64,000 bases of DNA. Origin: an uncultured Actinomycetota bacterium. GTDB lineage: Bacteria > Actinomycetota > Actinomycetes > JAFAQI01. How positions within the stretch are numbered: the stretch's first letter is position 1; each line of letters begins with the position of its first letter. Of this stretch, positions 56,128-64,000 are shown piece by piece. The stretch is from contig CAVYQE010000002.1 of assembly GCA_963770565.1 (NCBI GenBank), positions 32,001 through 96,000 on the forward strand. Direction: 5' to 3'. The notes beneath the pieces are model-generated. The model was not told the DNA's origin. It made no database searches and was given only the letters and a program-made list of their open reading frames with translations. Made by a program: the position numbers and the translations under genes.

Positions 56128-56343
56128 GCCCGCGTCCCTTCGTACGGCGAGGCCCCAGCCGGGTGCCGGACGCCGGAGGGTCGACGACGTCATCGCGGGG
56201 GGCCGCGCCGACTGTATATCTGGTGCTGGTGACGCCGAGATGTCGCGGGGGGGCCGATTGCTGGGCGATCGGGACGCTCTCCGACGCTGATCAGCACCGC
56301 TGCCGTGGGCGCCGCGCGCCGTGATCCCGGTCACACCTGCTCC

Positions 56344-56370
56344 AACGCGCCGACTCACAGACCGATTCCC
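56344..56370 (-). promoter_or_regulatory. SigR/SigH-dependent autoregulatory promoter
   Basis: GGGAAT-cggtctgtgagtcggcgc(18)-GTTGG matches GGAAT-N18-GTT exactly. Confidence 0.85.
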
Positions 56371-56981
56371 GCCAGCCACGCAACCACCGCACCGGCGACC
56401 TCTGCGGGCGCCTGGCGCAACGAGTGGTCACCCCTGACGGTCACGACCGCCGGGCCGGCCGGCAACTCCGCGGCGGTGCCGAACGCGTCCTTGTCTCCCT
56501 GAACGACCAGCACCGGCAGGCTCAGCTGGTTGAGCGCCTCGAGCTCCTCGGCGCGGGACTTCTCCGGCCGGCCGGGCGGGTGCAGCGGGAACGCGAGGGC
56601 GATCACGGCCGTGGCGCCGAGAGTCGCCGCCGTACGGCAGGCGACCCGGGCGCCGCTGCTGCGGCCGGCCAGGATCAGCGGGCCGGGCCGGCCCCGCCGC
56701 AACGCGGTGACCGTCGCGATCCAGGCGGCGTCCAGGCGCGGGGCGGCCTCCGGGGCCCGCCGGCCCTTGACCCGGTAGGGCTGCTCGACCCGGGCCACGG
56801 TCCAGCCGGCATCGGTCAGCGCGGCGGTGACCGCACGCAGGTCCGGCGCGTCGATCCCGCCCCCGGCGCCGTGACCCAGCACGGCCAGCCCACGGGCCGG
56901 TTGGCCCGACGCCGCGCTGAGATGCGCGCGGGCGACGCCGCTCGGCGTGTCGATCGCGCGCACCCGAACCGCACCAGGCAT
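56355..56981 (-). CDS. Alpha/beta hydrolase (KANL3/Tex30-like)
   Basis: [24 protein letters not shown] and QGDKDAFG motifs. Confidence 0.88.
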   Translation of the reverse strand: MPGAVRVRAIDTPSGVARAHLSAASGQPARGLAVLGHGAGGGIDAPDLRAVTAALTDAGWTVARVEQPYRVKGRRAPEAAPRLDAAWIATVTALRRGRPGPLILAGRSSGARVACRTAATLGATAVIALAFPLHPPGRPEKSRAEELEALNQLSLPVLVVQGDKDAFGTAAELPAGPAVVTVRGDHSLRQAPAEVAGAVVAWLAGIGL

Positions 56982-57005
56982 CCGGACATGCTGCCAGGTC
57001 CCGGA

Positions 57006-57091
57006 CCCACGCATGGCCCATTGGTGGGGCTATAGGCCCACGCATGGCCCATTGGTGGGGCTATAGCCCCACGCATGGGCCATCGGTGGGG
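57006..57091. repeat. 31-bp palindromic tandem repeat, about 2.8 units
   Basis: CCCACGCATGGCCCATTGGTGGGGCTATAG(G/C) starting at 57006, 57037 and 57068. Confidence 0.92.
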
Positions 57092-57145
57092 CGCGGGGTG
57101 GGCGGTCGATGCGACGATTCAACCCGTGAGTGCAGGAGCAGCGCG

Positions 57146-58132
57146 CTGAGCCGACGCGAGATCGACGACGAGGACCGCCTCGGCCGTCAGGGCCGGGGCT
57201 CGCGGCCGCGCAGCCGACTGCGGCCCAAGCACGACGACGCGCTGAGCGGGCGGGTGGTCAGCGTCGACCGCGGCCGCTACGGCGCGCTGCTCGACGACGA
57301 CACCCTCGTGGTCGCGATGCGAGCCCGCGAGCTCGGCCGGCGGGCGGTGGTCGTCGGCGACGCGGTCGACATGGTCGGCGACGTGGCGGGCGGTCCGGAC
57401 GCGCTGGCCCGGATCGTGCGGATCTCGCCACGCCGGTCGGTCCTGCGCCGCAGCGCCGATGACACCGACCCGGTCGAGCGGATCCTGGTCGCCAACGCCG
57501 ATCAGCTCGTGATCGTCGCGGCCACCGCGAACCCCGACCCCCAACCGCGGCTGATCGACCGCTGCCTGGTTGCCGCGTACGACGCCGAGATCGAGCCGGT
57601 CCTGTGCCTGACCAAGAGCGACGTTTCTCCTCCGGACCCGCTGGTTGCGGCGTACTCCCTGGTCGGCGTGCCGATCATTGTCAGCGGCCGGCCGGGCTTC
57701 GAGACCGCGGTGCAGGAGCTCCGGGAGCGGCTGCGTGACCGGGTGACCGTCTTCGTCGGCTCCTCCGGGGTCGGTAAGTCCACGTTGGTCAACGCACTCG
57801 TCCCCGACGCGACGCAGCGGATCGGCGCGGTGAGTGAGCGCACCGGCAAGGGCCAGCACACGACGACCGCGGCAATCGCGTTGCCGCTCCCGGGCAGCGG
57901 CTGGGTCGTGGACACCCCGGGCATCCGGTCGTTCGGTCTCGCGCACGTCAGCCGCGATCGCCTGGTGAGCTGCTTCCCGGACCTGGCCGGAGGCACGCTG
58001 CTGTGCCCGACCGACTGCGACCACCTCGACACCTCGGTGTGCGAACTCGACAACTGGGTCGCCGCCGGTCATGCCGCACCGGAACGGCTTGACTCGCTCC
58101 GCCGCCTCCTCGTCACCCGCGACGCCACGTAG
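57146..58132 (+). CDS. rsgA: Ribosome small subunit-dependent GTPase RsgA
   Basis: LTKSD, GSSGVGKS, GQHTT, DTPGIR and CPTDCDH...C motifs; probable CTG start after AGGAG. Confidence 0.93.
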   Translation: MSRREIDDEDRLGRQGRGSRPRSRLRPKHDDALSGRVVSVDRGRYGALLDDDTLVVAMRARELGRRAVVVGDAVDMVGDVAGGPDALARIVRISPRRSVLRRSADDTDPVERILVANADQLVIVAATANPDPQPRLIDRCLVAAYDAEIEPVLCLTKSDVSPPDPLVAAYSLVGVPIIVSGRPGFETAVQELRERLRDRVTVFVGSSGVGKSTLVNALVPDATQRIGAVSERTGKGQHTTTAAIALPLPGSGWVVDTPGIRSFGLAHVSRDRLVSCFPDLAGGTLLCPTDCDHLDTSVCELDNWVAAGHAAPERLDSLRRLLVTRDAT

Positions 58133-58141
58133 GGTCGGCGC

Positions 58142-59602
58142 GTGACGCCGCCGCTCGCCCGCGCCACCTTCCGCGCCGACTGGCGACCGCTCGCCCGCCG
58201 GCACTGGTTGTTCGCGCTGATCTTCGCCCTGGGTACGACGCTGCGGGCGCTCGCGTGGTCGGCGTACCAGCCGGCGTTGTTCTACTCCGACTCCACCAAC
58301 TACCTGGCCAACGTGCACCGGGTCCCGAACGTCGCGTGGCATCCACCCGGCTACCCCTGGTTCCTTGACGCGACGCTGATCGGCCGGCACCTCGCGATCG
58401 TCACCGCGGTCCAGCACCTACTGCTGCTCGGCGACGGTCTGGTGATCTACCTCCTGCTGCTTCGGCTCGGTTGCGGTCGCATCGTCGCGGCGCTCGCGAG
58501 TGCGCCGTTGCTGCTCGACGCCTACCAGGTGCAGATCGAGCAGTACATCCTGTCGGAGGCGATCTTCGAGACGCTGTTGGTCGCGGCGATCGCGACCGCG
58601 CTGTGGCGCTCCGGGTCGGGGCCGCAGCGGCTGAGCATCGTCCGGGTGGCGGTGGCGGCGACGTTCGTCGGGCTCAGCGTGCTCGTGCGGCTCGACGCGG
58701 TCGGGCTCGTGCTTCCGCTGCTCGCCTGGGTGGTGTGGGCGGCGCGGCGGTACGGCGTGCGGTGGCTGACGAGGGCGGCGGTCGCGCTCGCCCTGGCGAT
58801 CGCCGCACCACTCGGCGTCGTGATGGGTTTGCACGGATCGGGTCGAGGCGCATCGATCACGGGGAGCGCACCGATCTGGCTGTACGCGCGAGTGGCCGGC
58901 TTCGCGGTGTGCAGCCACGACTCGATTCCCAAGGACGAACGCATGCTCTGCCCGACCCAACCGGTCGGGGACCGGCCGGGCCCGGTGTGGTTCCAGGACT
59001 CCGCCAGCTCGCCGGTCTGGCTGTACCTCGAGCAGAATCCGGGCCACTCCGCCGAGGTCGTGGCCTTCTCCCGGCGGGTGATCCTGGAACAGCCGCTTGA
59101 CTACGCCCACGCGATCGGCGCCGACTTCGCCCAGCAGTTCCGGCCGACCCGAGCGCAGACGCCCGACGGGCCGGAGGTGCAGTCGTGGCAGTTCCGGCTC
59201 ACGCTGAAGCCGGTCGACCCGACCAAACCGTTCGCGCAGTCGATGGTGAACGCCTACGGCACCGGGCAGGCCCGCATCGACGTCGGCATCGCCCGCGTCC
59301 TCCACGACTACCAGCGCTTCGTCTACCTGCCCGGTCCGGTCAGCGCGGTGATCCTGCTCTGCGGCGTGGTCGTCCTCGTCGTACGACGCCGCCACCCGCT
59401 CGCTCCGGCGCTGCTGCTCGTCCTCGGCTGTGCGGTGCTCACGGTCCTGACCGCGACGGCAACCGTGCTGTTCTCGTGGCGCTACATGCTGCCGACGCTC
59501 GTGTTCTATCCGCCGGCCGGAGCACTCGCCTGGACGATGGTCCGCACCCGAACGGTCAGCCGATCCTCAACCCCACCGGAGCTCGCCCTCACCGCGCCCT
59601 GA
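58142..59602 (+). CDS. Polytopic membrane protein, GT-C glycosyltransferase-like
   Basis: DSTNYL, PPGYP, LSEAIF and RY motifs; many TM helices. Confidence 0.6.
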   Translation: MTPPLARATFRADWRPLARRHWLFALIFALGTTLRALAWSAYQPALFYSDSTNYLANVHRVPNVAWHPPGYPWFLDATLIGRHLAIVTAVQHLLLLGDGLVIYLLLLRLGCGRIVAALASAPLLLDAYQVQIEQYILSEAIFETLLVAAIATALWRSGSGPQRLSIVRVAVAATFVGLSVLVRLDAVGLVLPLLAWVVWAARRYGVRWLTRAAVALALAIAAPLGVVMGLHGSGRGASITGSAPIWLYARVAGFAVCSHDSIPKDERMLCPTQPVGDRPGPVWFQDSASSPVWLYLEQNPGHSAEVVAFSRRVILEQPLDYAHAIGADFAQQFRPTRAQTPDGPEVQSWQFRLTLKPVDPTKPFAQSMVNAYGTGQARIDVGIARVLHDYQRFVYLPGPVSAVILLCGVVVLVVRRRHPLAPALLLVLGCAVLTVLTATATVLFSWRYMLPTLVFYPPAGALAWTMVRTRTVSRSSTPPELALTAP

Positions 59603-59645
59603 CGGGGCCTCGCCGGCCGTCGGGGTCAAGGCCACCGAAGGGCGA

Positions 59646-60782
59646 TCAGATGCTGCGACCGATCCAGGTCCGTCCCGCGTCGACGCTGACGAACAGGTGG
59701 CCAGGGTCGCCGAGATACGCGCATTGCGAGCGGACGCAGGAGAAGGTGGGCGCGTCGGCTTCGAACTCGCCGACCGGCGCGCGGTCGACGAGCACCCGTT
59801 CCCAGCGTCGGCCCCGGTCGACGCTTCGCGCCACGACGAACACGTCGCGTGCCCCGACGGTGCGCAGGTACGGGCTGGCCAGCAACGCCCGACCCACTCG
59901 AACGAGCGCGGCCGGCGCGAACGCGACCGAGCGTGGCGGGCCGAACCGGCGGCCTCCGTCGTCGGATTGAACCAACGTCGACCGCTCCGGCGCCTCGCGG
60001 CGCTCGCAGGACAGTACGACCGTGCGGCCGTCAATGGTGACGACTCCGGTGTCGCGCTCCGATCGGTTGTGCCCGCCGCAGGCGTCCCGCCGTCGTACCC
60101 AGGTCCGGCCGGAGTCGGCCGACACGAGATACGTCGCGTGGGCATCGGGAGCACCGCCGGCCGGATGGCCGTAGAAGGTCGCGAAGATCCGCCGGCCGGA
60201 TGCGCTCAGGGCCGCACCGAAGCCGAACGCGAGCGGAGCGCGGTACACCGTCCGCCACCTGCCGCTGCCGGTAACGGCCCGTTGAATCATCGGGCGGCAC
60301 TCCGCCGGGCAACCGGTACGCCGATACGCCAATCGGTACGTCGTCGCGCCGGCGATTACCAGGGCGGAGGTCTTCGGGCCGGGGACTCGCCGCCACGTCC
60401 GCGCGTCGTTGTGAGTCACCCACAACGAGTCGCCGAACAGATAGCCGACGCCGTGCTGGGTGAACGCCACGCCGCCGACAAATGTTCGCCGTGTCACGAC
60501 CTGATGCGGCAACCGCTCCCGCTGCCACTGCTGTCCGCCGTCCGCGGTCTCTTCCAGCCGGTCGCAGAGTCGTTGCCCGCAGCCTCGGACCGTCAAGACC
60601 CAACCGACCCCATGTCCGACCCACGAGACGCCGACTGCCCGCGGTCCAGCCACTGATTTCGGCGGAACCCTGACCGCGCGGACGGATGGGCGGGTCGAGC
60701 TGACCGGGCCGTGAGTCGCACAAGCACCAAAGGCCAGCGATAGGAGCGCGAAGACCGACGCCACCCGACCTCGAGCGATCAC
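59646..60782 (-). CDS. Secreted/lipoprotein with BNR (Asp-box) repeats
   Basis: Signal peptide ending FGAC; TADGGQQW, SADSGRTW, SDDGGRRF, SVDRGRRW and SVDAGRTW repeats. Confidence 0.75.
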   Translation of the reverse strand: MIARGRVASVFALLSLAFGACATHGPVSSTRPSVRAVRVPPKSVAGPRAVGVSWVGHGVGWVLTVRGCGQRLCDRLEETADGGQQWQRERLPHQVVTRRTFVGGVAFTQHGVGYLFGDSLWVTHNDARTWRRVPGPKTSALVIAGATTYRLAYRRTGCPAECRPMIQRAVTGSGRWRTVYRAPLAFGFGAALSASGRRIFATFYGHPAGGAPDAHATYLVSADSGRTWVRRRDACGGHNRSERDTGVVTIDGRTVVLSCERREAPERSTLVQSDDGGRRFGPPRSVAFAPAALVRVGRALLASPYLRTVGARDVFVVARSVDRGRRWERVLVDRAPVGEFEADAPTFSCVRSQCAYLGDPGHLFVSVDAGRTWIGRSI

Positions 60783-60891
60783 ACAAGAGAGACGTCGCAC
60801 GTCGCATATCGGTTGGCTGGCCATCACCTGGGGCCCGGACGCCTCGGGTTTCGGCTTCCCAATCGTTCGGTCGCGATGCCAAGATCAACGC

Positions 60892-61257
60892 ATGGGATCG
60901 ACACTTGCGGCCGAGTTCGCCAACGCGCTGGCGGCCAAGGACCATGACCGAGTTCGCGACCTGCTCCATCCAGAGGTCGACTTCCGGGCGATGACGCCGA
61001 GCCGGATCTGGGAGGCGGAGCAGCCCGACGACGTCATCGGCGCGCTTGCGATCTGGTTCGACGACGGTGACGAGATCGAGCAGCTCGACGCGCTGGAAAC
61101 GGACGAGTTCGCCGACCGGCAGCGCGCGGGCTACCGCTTGCGGGTGCGGAACAACGACGGGCTGCACCTCGTCGAGCAGCAGGCCTACCTCAGCGAACGG
61201 GACGGCCGAATTGGCTGGCTACGCATCATGTGCTCCGGCTACCGACCGGTCGCCTAG
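60892..61257 (+). CDS. NTF2/SnoaL-like protein
   Basis: LLHPEVDFRAMTP, VEQQAY and CSGYRP motifs. Confidence 0.75.
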   Translation: MGSTLAAEFANALAAKDHDRVRDLLHPEVDFRAMTPSRIWEAEQPDDVIGALAIWFDDGDEIEQLDALETDEFADRQRAGYRLRVRNNDGLHLVEQQAYLSERDGRIGWLRIMCSGYRPVA

Positions 61258-61273
61258 CCCCTGCGCCGCCACG

Positions 61274-61334
61274 GTTGATCATGGCAAAAGGCGCGAAAAT
61301 CGACGGGAAAATCGCGCATTTCGCCATGATCAAC
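61274..61334. repeat. Palindromic REP-like element, family A copy 2
   Basis: 61 bp; aligns end to end with the reverse complement of 13876-13936. Confidence 0.85.
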
Positions 61335-61367
61335 GCGGCGTAGCGCCGCGATCAACGCGGCGTAGCG
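61328..61367. repeat. 18-bp direct duplication at the end of the family A element
   Basis: GATCAACGCGGCGTAGCG at 61328 and 61350. Confidence 0.85.
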
Positions 61368-61372
61368 GCCGG

Positions 61373-62476
61373 TCAGACGGTTGCGCCGATCGCGATCGTT
61401 TCGTCGACCTCGGCGACCCGGGCGGCGAGCTCGTCCTTCTCGCGGTCGATCAGCTCGGCCTGGTCCTCGTCGGCCTTCATGAGGTCTTCGAGGTTCACGC
61501 CGGCCATGTCGAGCACGCCCATGTCGGTGTAGCACTTCTGGACCTTCTCGCCCCACAGCCCGATGTCCTTCACGCACGGCACGATCCGGCTGAACAGCAA
61601 CGACCGGAAGATCTGCTGGAACTCGGAGTTCTCCGAGATCTCCGCGCACTCCTTCACCGGCATGCCGAGCGCTTCGTACACCTCGATGCCGAGGAAGCGG
61701 TTGCGCATCAACCAACATCCCTCGACCACGAAGTCCTCGCGCTCGGAGCGCTCCTTGTCGGACAGCTCCTTGTACGCATCGCGCAGCGCGAGCCGACCGA
61801 ACGCGACGTGGCGGGCCTCGTCCTGCATGACGTAGGCGAGCAGCTGTTTTGCCAACGGGTTCTCGGCCATGTCCCGGAGTACGCCGAAAGCCGCGAGCGC
61901 GAGCCCCTCGATGAGGACCTGCATCCCGAGGTAGGCGTAGTCCCACTCCTTGGCCTCGAGCGCATCCTTGAGCAGCGACGCCAGGTCCTGGTTCATCGGG
62001 AAGACCGTGCCGACCTTCTCCTGCAGGAACCGCGCGAACGTCTCGACGTGCCGGGCCTCGTCCATAACCTGCGTGGCGCCGTAGAACTTCGAGTCGTTGT
62101 CGGGAACCGTCTCGACGATCCGTGCCGCGGTGATCATCGCGCCCTGCTCACCGTGCAGGAACTGGCTCCACGTCCACGCCGCCTGGTGATGGGTGAAGTT
62201 GTCGCGCTCCTTCTGGCTCATCTTGTTCCAGATCGGGGTGCCGTTGAACGGGTTGTACATCTCGGGCAGGCCGACCGGGTTGGTCGGATCGACCTCGAGC
62301 GACCAGTCGATCCGCTTTGTGCTGTCCCACTGCTTGTCCTTGCCCTTCTGATACAGCGAGAGCAGCCGGTCGCGGCCGTCGTCGTACTCCCAGCTGAACC
62401 GGGCCGCACCGTTGGCCTTGACGTCCCACGTGGTCGTGACGTCGGTGGCGATCGCGTACTTATCCGCTGTGCTCAT
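61373..62476 (-). CDS. Ferritin-like diiron oxygenase (AurF-related)
   Basis: HGEQGA, DEARH twice, IEGLA; AGGAG RBS. Confidence 0.88.
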   Translation of the reverse strand: MSTADKYAIATDVTTTWDVKANGAARFSWEYDDGRDRLLSLYQKGKDKQWDSTKRIDWSLEVDPTNPVGLPEMYNPFNGTPIWNKMSQKERDNFTHHQAAWTWSQFLHGEQGAMITAARIVETVPDNDSKFYGATQVMDEARHVETFARFLQEKVGTVFPMNQDLASLLKDALEAKEWDYAYLGMQVLIEGLALAAFGVLRDMAENPLAKQLLAYVMQDEARHVAFGRLALRDAYKELSDKERSEREDFVVEGCWLMRNRFLGIEVYEALGMPVKECAEISENSEFQQIFRSLLFSRIVPCVKDIGLWGEKVQKCYTDMGVLDMAGVNLEDLMKADEDQAELIDREKDELAARVAEVDETIAIGATV

Positions 62477-62555
62477 TGGTGCGCTCCTAACGGGCGCCCC
62501 AATGAGACGCCGATCACATCGGAGCGAGCCACCTTCGCTCCGCTTCGGTACTCGC

Positions 62556-63140
62556 TCATGACGAACCCTTCGTGAGCAGTCGTTCGACCAGATGGGACAG
62601 GCGGGCGGCAATGGCCTCGGCGGATCCGTCGGGGCTGTCGCTGGGAAGGACGAGGTAGGACACCGTCAACCGGGCGACCGTCTCGGCCGCAAGGGCAACG
62701 TCGGCCGGGTCGAGCTCCGGCCACTGCGCACTCCAGTAGCACTCGATGTTGGACCGGGCCGCGTTGATGATCGCGTCACCGCGAGTCGTGAGGAATGGCA
62801 GCAACTCGCTCGCGTCGTCGGTCAGCACCGCCTTGAGCAGCGGATTGTTCGACGCCTCGCGGATCGTCCACTCGGTCGCTGCCGCGACCGCGTCGCCGGG
62901 TGCGGTCGGGTTGACCTCGTCGAGGATCCGGTTGGTCCCGTCGATGAAGCGCTGCGCCTCCCGCATTGCCAGCGCCTGCGCGAAGGCGTCCTTCGAGCCG
63001 AACTCGTTGTAGAGGGTCTGCCGCGACACCCCGGCCGCCGCCGCGACGTCGAGCATCCGCGCCGACTCCCACTCGCCCGCGACGACCACGTCGTACGCCG
63101 CGTCGAGCAGCGCGTCCCGGGTGCTCCGTGCTTCGGCCAT
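62556..63140 (-). CDS. TetR family regulator, AlkX/Rv3249c-like
   Basis: VAAAAGVSRQTLYNEFGSK, NPLLKAVL, LLPFLT and RLTVSY motifs. Confidence 0.85.
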   Translation of the reverse strand: MAEARSTRDALLDAAYDVVVAGEWESARMLDVAAAAGVSRQTLYNEFGSKDAFAQALAMREAQRFIDGTNRILDEVNPTAPGDAVAAATEWTIREASNNPLLKAVLTDDASELLPFLTTRGDAIINAARSNIECYWSAQWPELDPADVALAAETVARLTVSYLVLPSDSPDGSAEAIAARLSHLVERLLTKGSS

Positions 63141-63152
63141 CGCCGCCGATTG

Positions 63153-63177
63153 TTTACACGAACGGCCTTCGTGTCAA
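63153..63177. promoter_or_regulatory. Inverted repeat TTTACACGAA-N5-TTCGTGTCAA, candidate TetR operator
   Basis: 9/10 complementary arms 13 bp upstream of the tetR ATG. Confidence 0.7.
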
Positions 63178-63208
63178 TCACCCGAGCGGGCGTCGATAGG
63201 GTCCGAGC

Positions 63209-64000
63209 GTGACCGACTGGACCGCCGACCTGCAGCTTGCGCACGAGCTGGCCGATGCGGCCGACACGCTCACGACGTCGCGGTTCCTCGCCGGCGACCT
63301 GGTCATCGAGAGCAAGCCGGACCTCACCCCGGTCACCGACGCCGACCGTCAGGTCGAACGCGAGATGCGCGAACAGCTCGAGCGAGCGCGCCCCGCCGAC
63401 GCCGTTCACGGCGAGGAGTACGCCGACACCGGCACCGGACCGCGACGATGGGTCATCGACCCGATCGACGGCACGAAGAACTTCGTGCGCGGCGTACCGG
63501 TGTGGGCCACCCTGATCGCGCTCCAGCAGGACGAGCGGACCGTCGTCGGCGTGGTGTCGGCACCCGCGCTCGGCCGGCGGTGGTGGGCGGCGAGCGGCGG
63601 CGGCGCCTGGACCGGGTCGTCCGTCCACGACGCCAGACCGTGCCGAGTGTCACGGGTCGGCGAGCTGGGCGACGCCTACCTCGCCTACTCCTCGCTGTTC
63701 GGCTGGGAGACCCTCGACCGGCTGCCGCAGTTCGTCGAGCTGATGCGCCGGGTCTGGCGGACCAGGGCGTTCGGCGACTTCTGGTCGCACATGATGGTCG
63801 CGGAGGGCGCCGTGGACGTCTCGTGCGAGCCGGAGGTGTTCCTCTGGGACCTCGCCGCGCTGCAGATCGTCGTCACCGAGGCCGGCGGCCGGTTCACCGA
63901 CCTCTCAGGCGTCGATCGCCCCGATGGCGGCAGTGTGGTGTGCAGCAACGGGCTGCTCCACGACGCCATGCTCAGCGCGCTCGCGGCGCCGACGGCCGTA
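63209..64000 (+). CDS. hisN: Histidinol-phosphatase (IMPase family), runs off window
   Basis: Not in the ORF track. Manual translation gives SKPDLTPVTDAD, WVIDPIDGTKNFVRGVPVWATL, RAFGDFWSHM and WDLAA. Confidence 0.93.
   Translation, partial: MTDWTADLQLAHELADAADTLTTSRFLAGDLVIESKPDLTPVTDADRQVEREMREQLERARPADAVHGEEYADTGTGPRRWVIDPIDGTKNFVRGVPVWATLIALQQDERTVVGVVSAPALGRRWWAASGGGAWTGSSVHDARPCRVSRVGELGDAYLAYSSLFGWETLDRLPQFVELMRRVWRTRAFGDFWSHMMVAEGAVDVSCEPEVFLWDLAALQIVVTEAGGRFTDLSGVDRPDGGSVVCSNGLLHDAMLSALAAPTAV

Noticed and set aside
57006-57091. Possible mini-CRISPR array
   Set aside because: Units are head-to-tail with no unique spacers, and there are no cas genes in the window.

Overview
High-GC actinobacterial chromosomal DNA with about 70 genes. 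I found no rRNA, tRNA, CRISPR array, transposase or prophage. From left to right: an igr-like steroid side-chain cluster (ltp2, a ChsH2-ChsH1 fusion, divergent FadE29/FadE28-like genes), WS/DGAT, an unusual-fatty-acid cluster (COG2907, DUF1365, two CFA-type methyltransferases, DUF1295), a Tat-exported DUF1800/DUF1501 pair, two paralogous PadR-ABC-FtsX modules, kgd, malic enzyme, a polar amino-acid ABC system and sodX/sodN. Then comes the conserved actinobacterial block rsbW-sigF, DAG kinase, whiB1, pdtaS, BCCP, bL37, rsrA-sigR(sigH), rsgA, hisN, with an orphan pilT inserted. Seven single-base insertions break five genes and look like assembly errors. The non-coding signal I cannot explain is a set of intergenic palindromic elements: two 77-bp copies, each with three AATGT(C/G)ACATT-like boxes exactly 31 bp apart; a separate 31-bp-period palindromic tandem array; two 61-bp GTTGATCATGGC copies; and a 96-bp hairpin. 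Also notable are a SigR-type promoter followed by an in-frame leaderless start (a possible long SigR isoform) and a 24-aa bL37 gene nested in another ORF. All protein identities come from my recognition of motifs and families, not from database searches.
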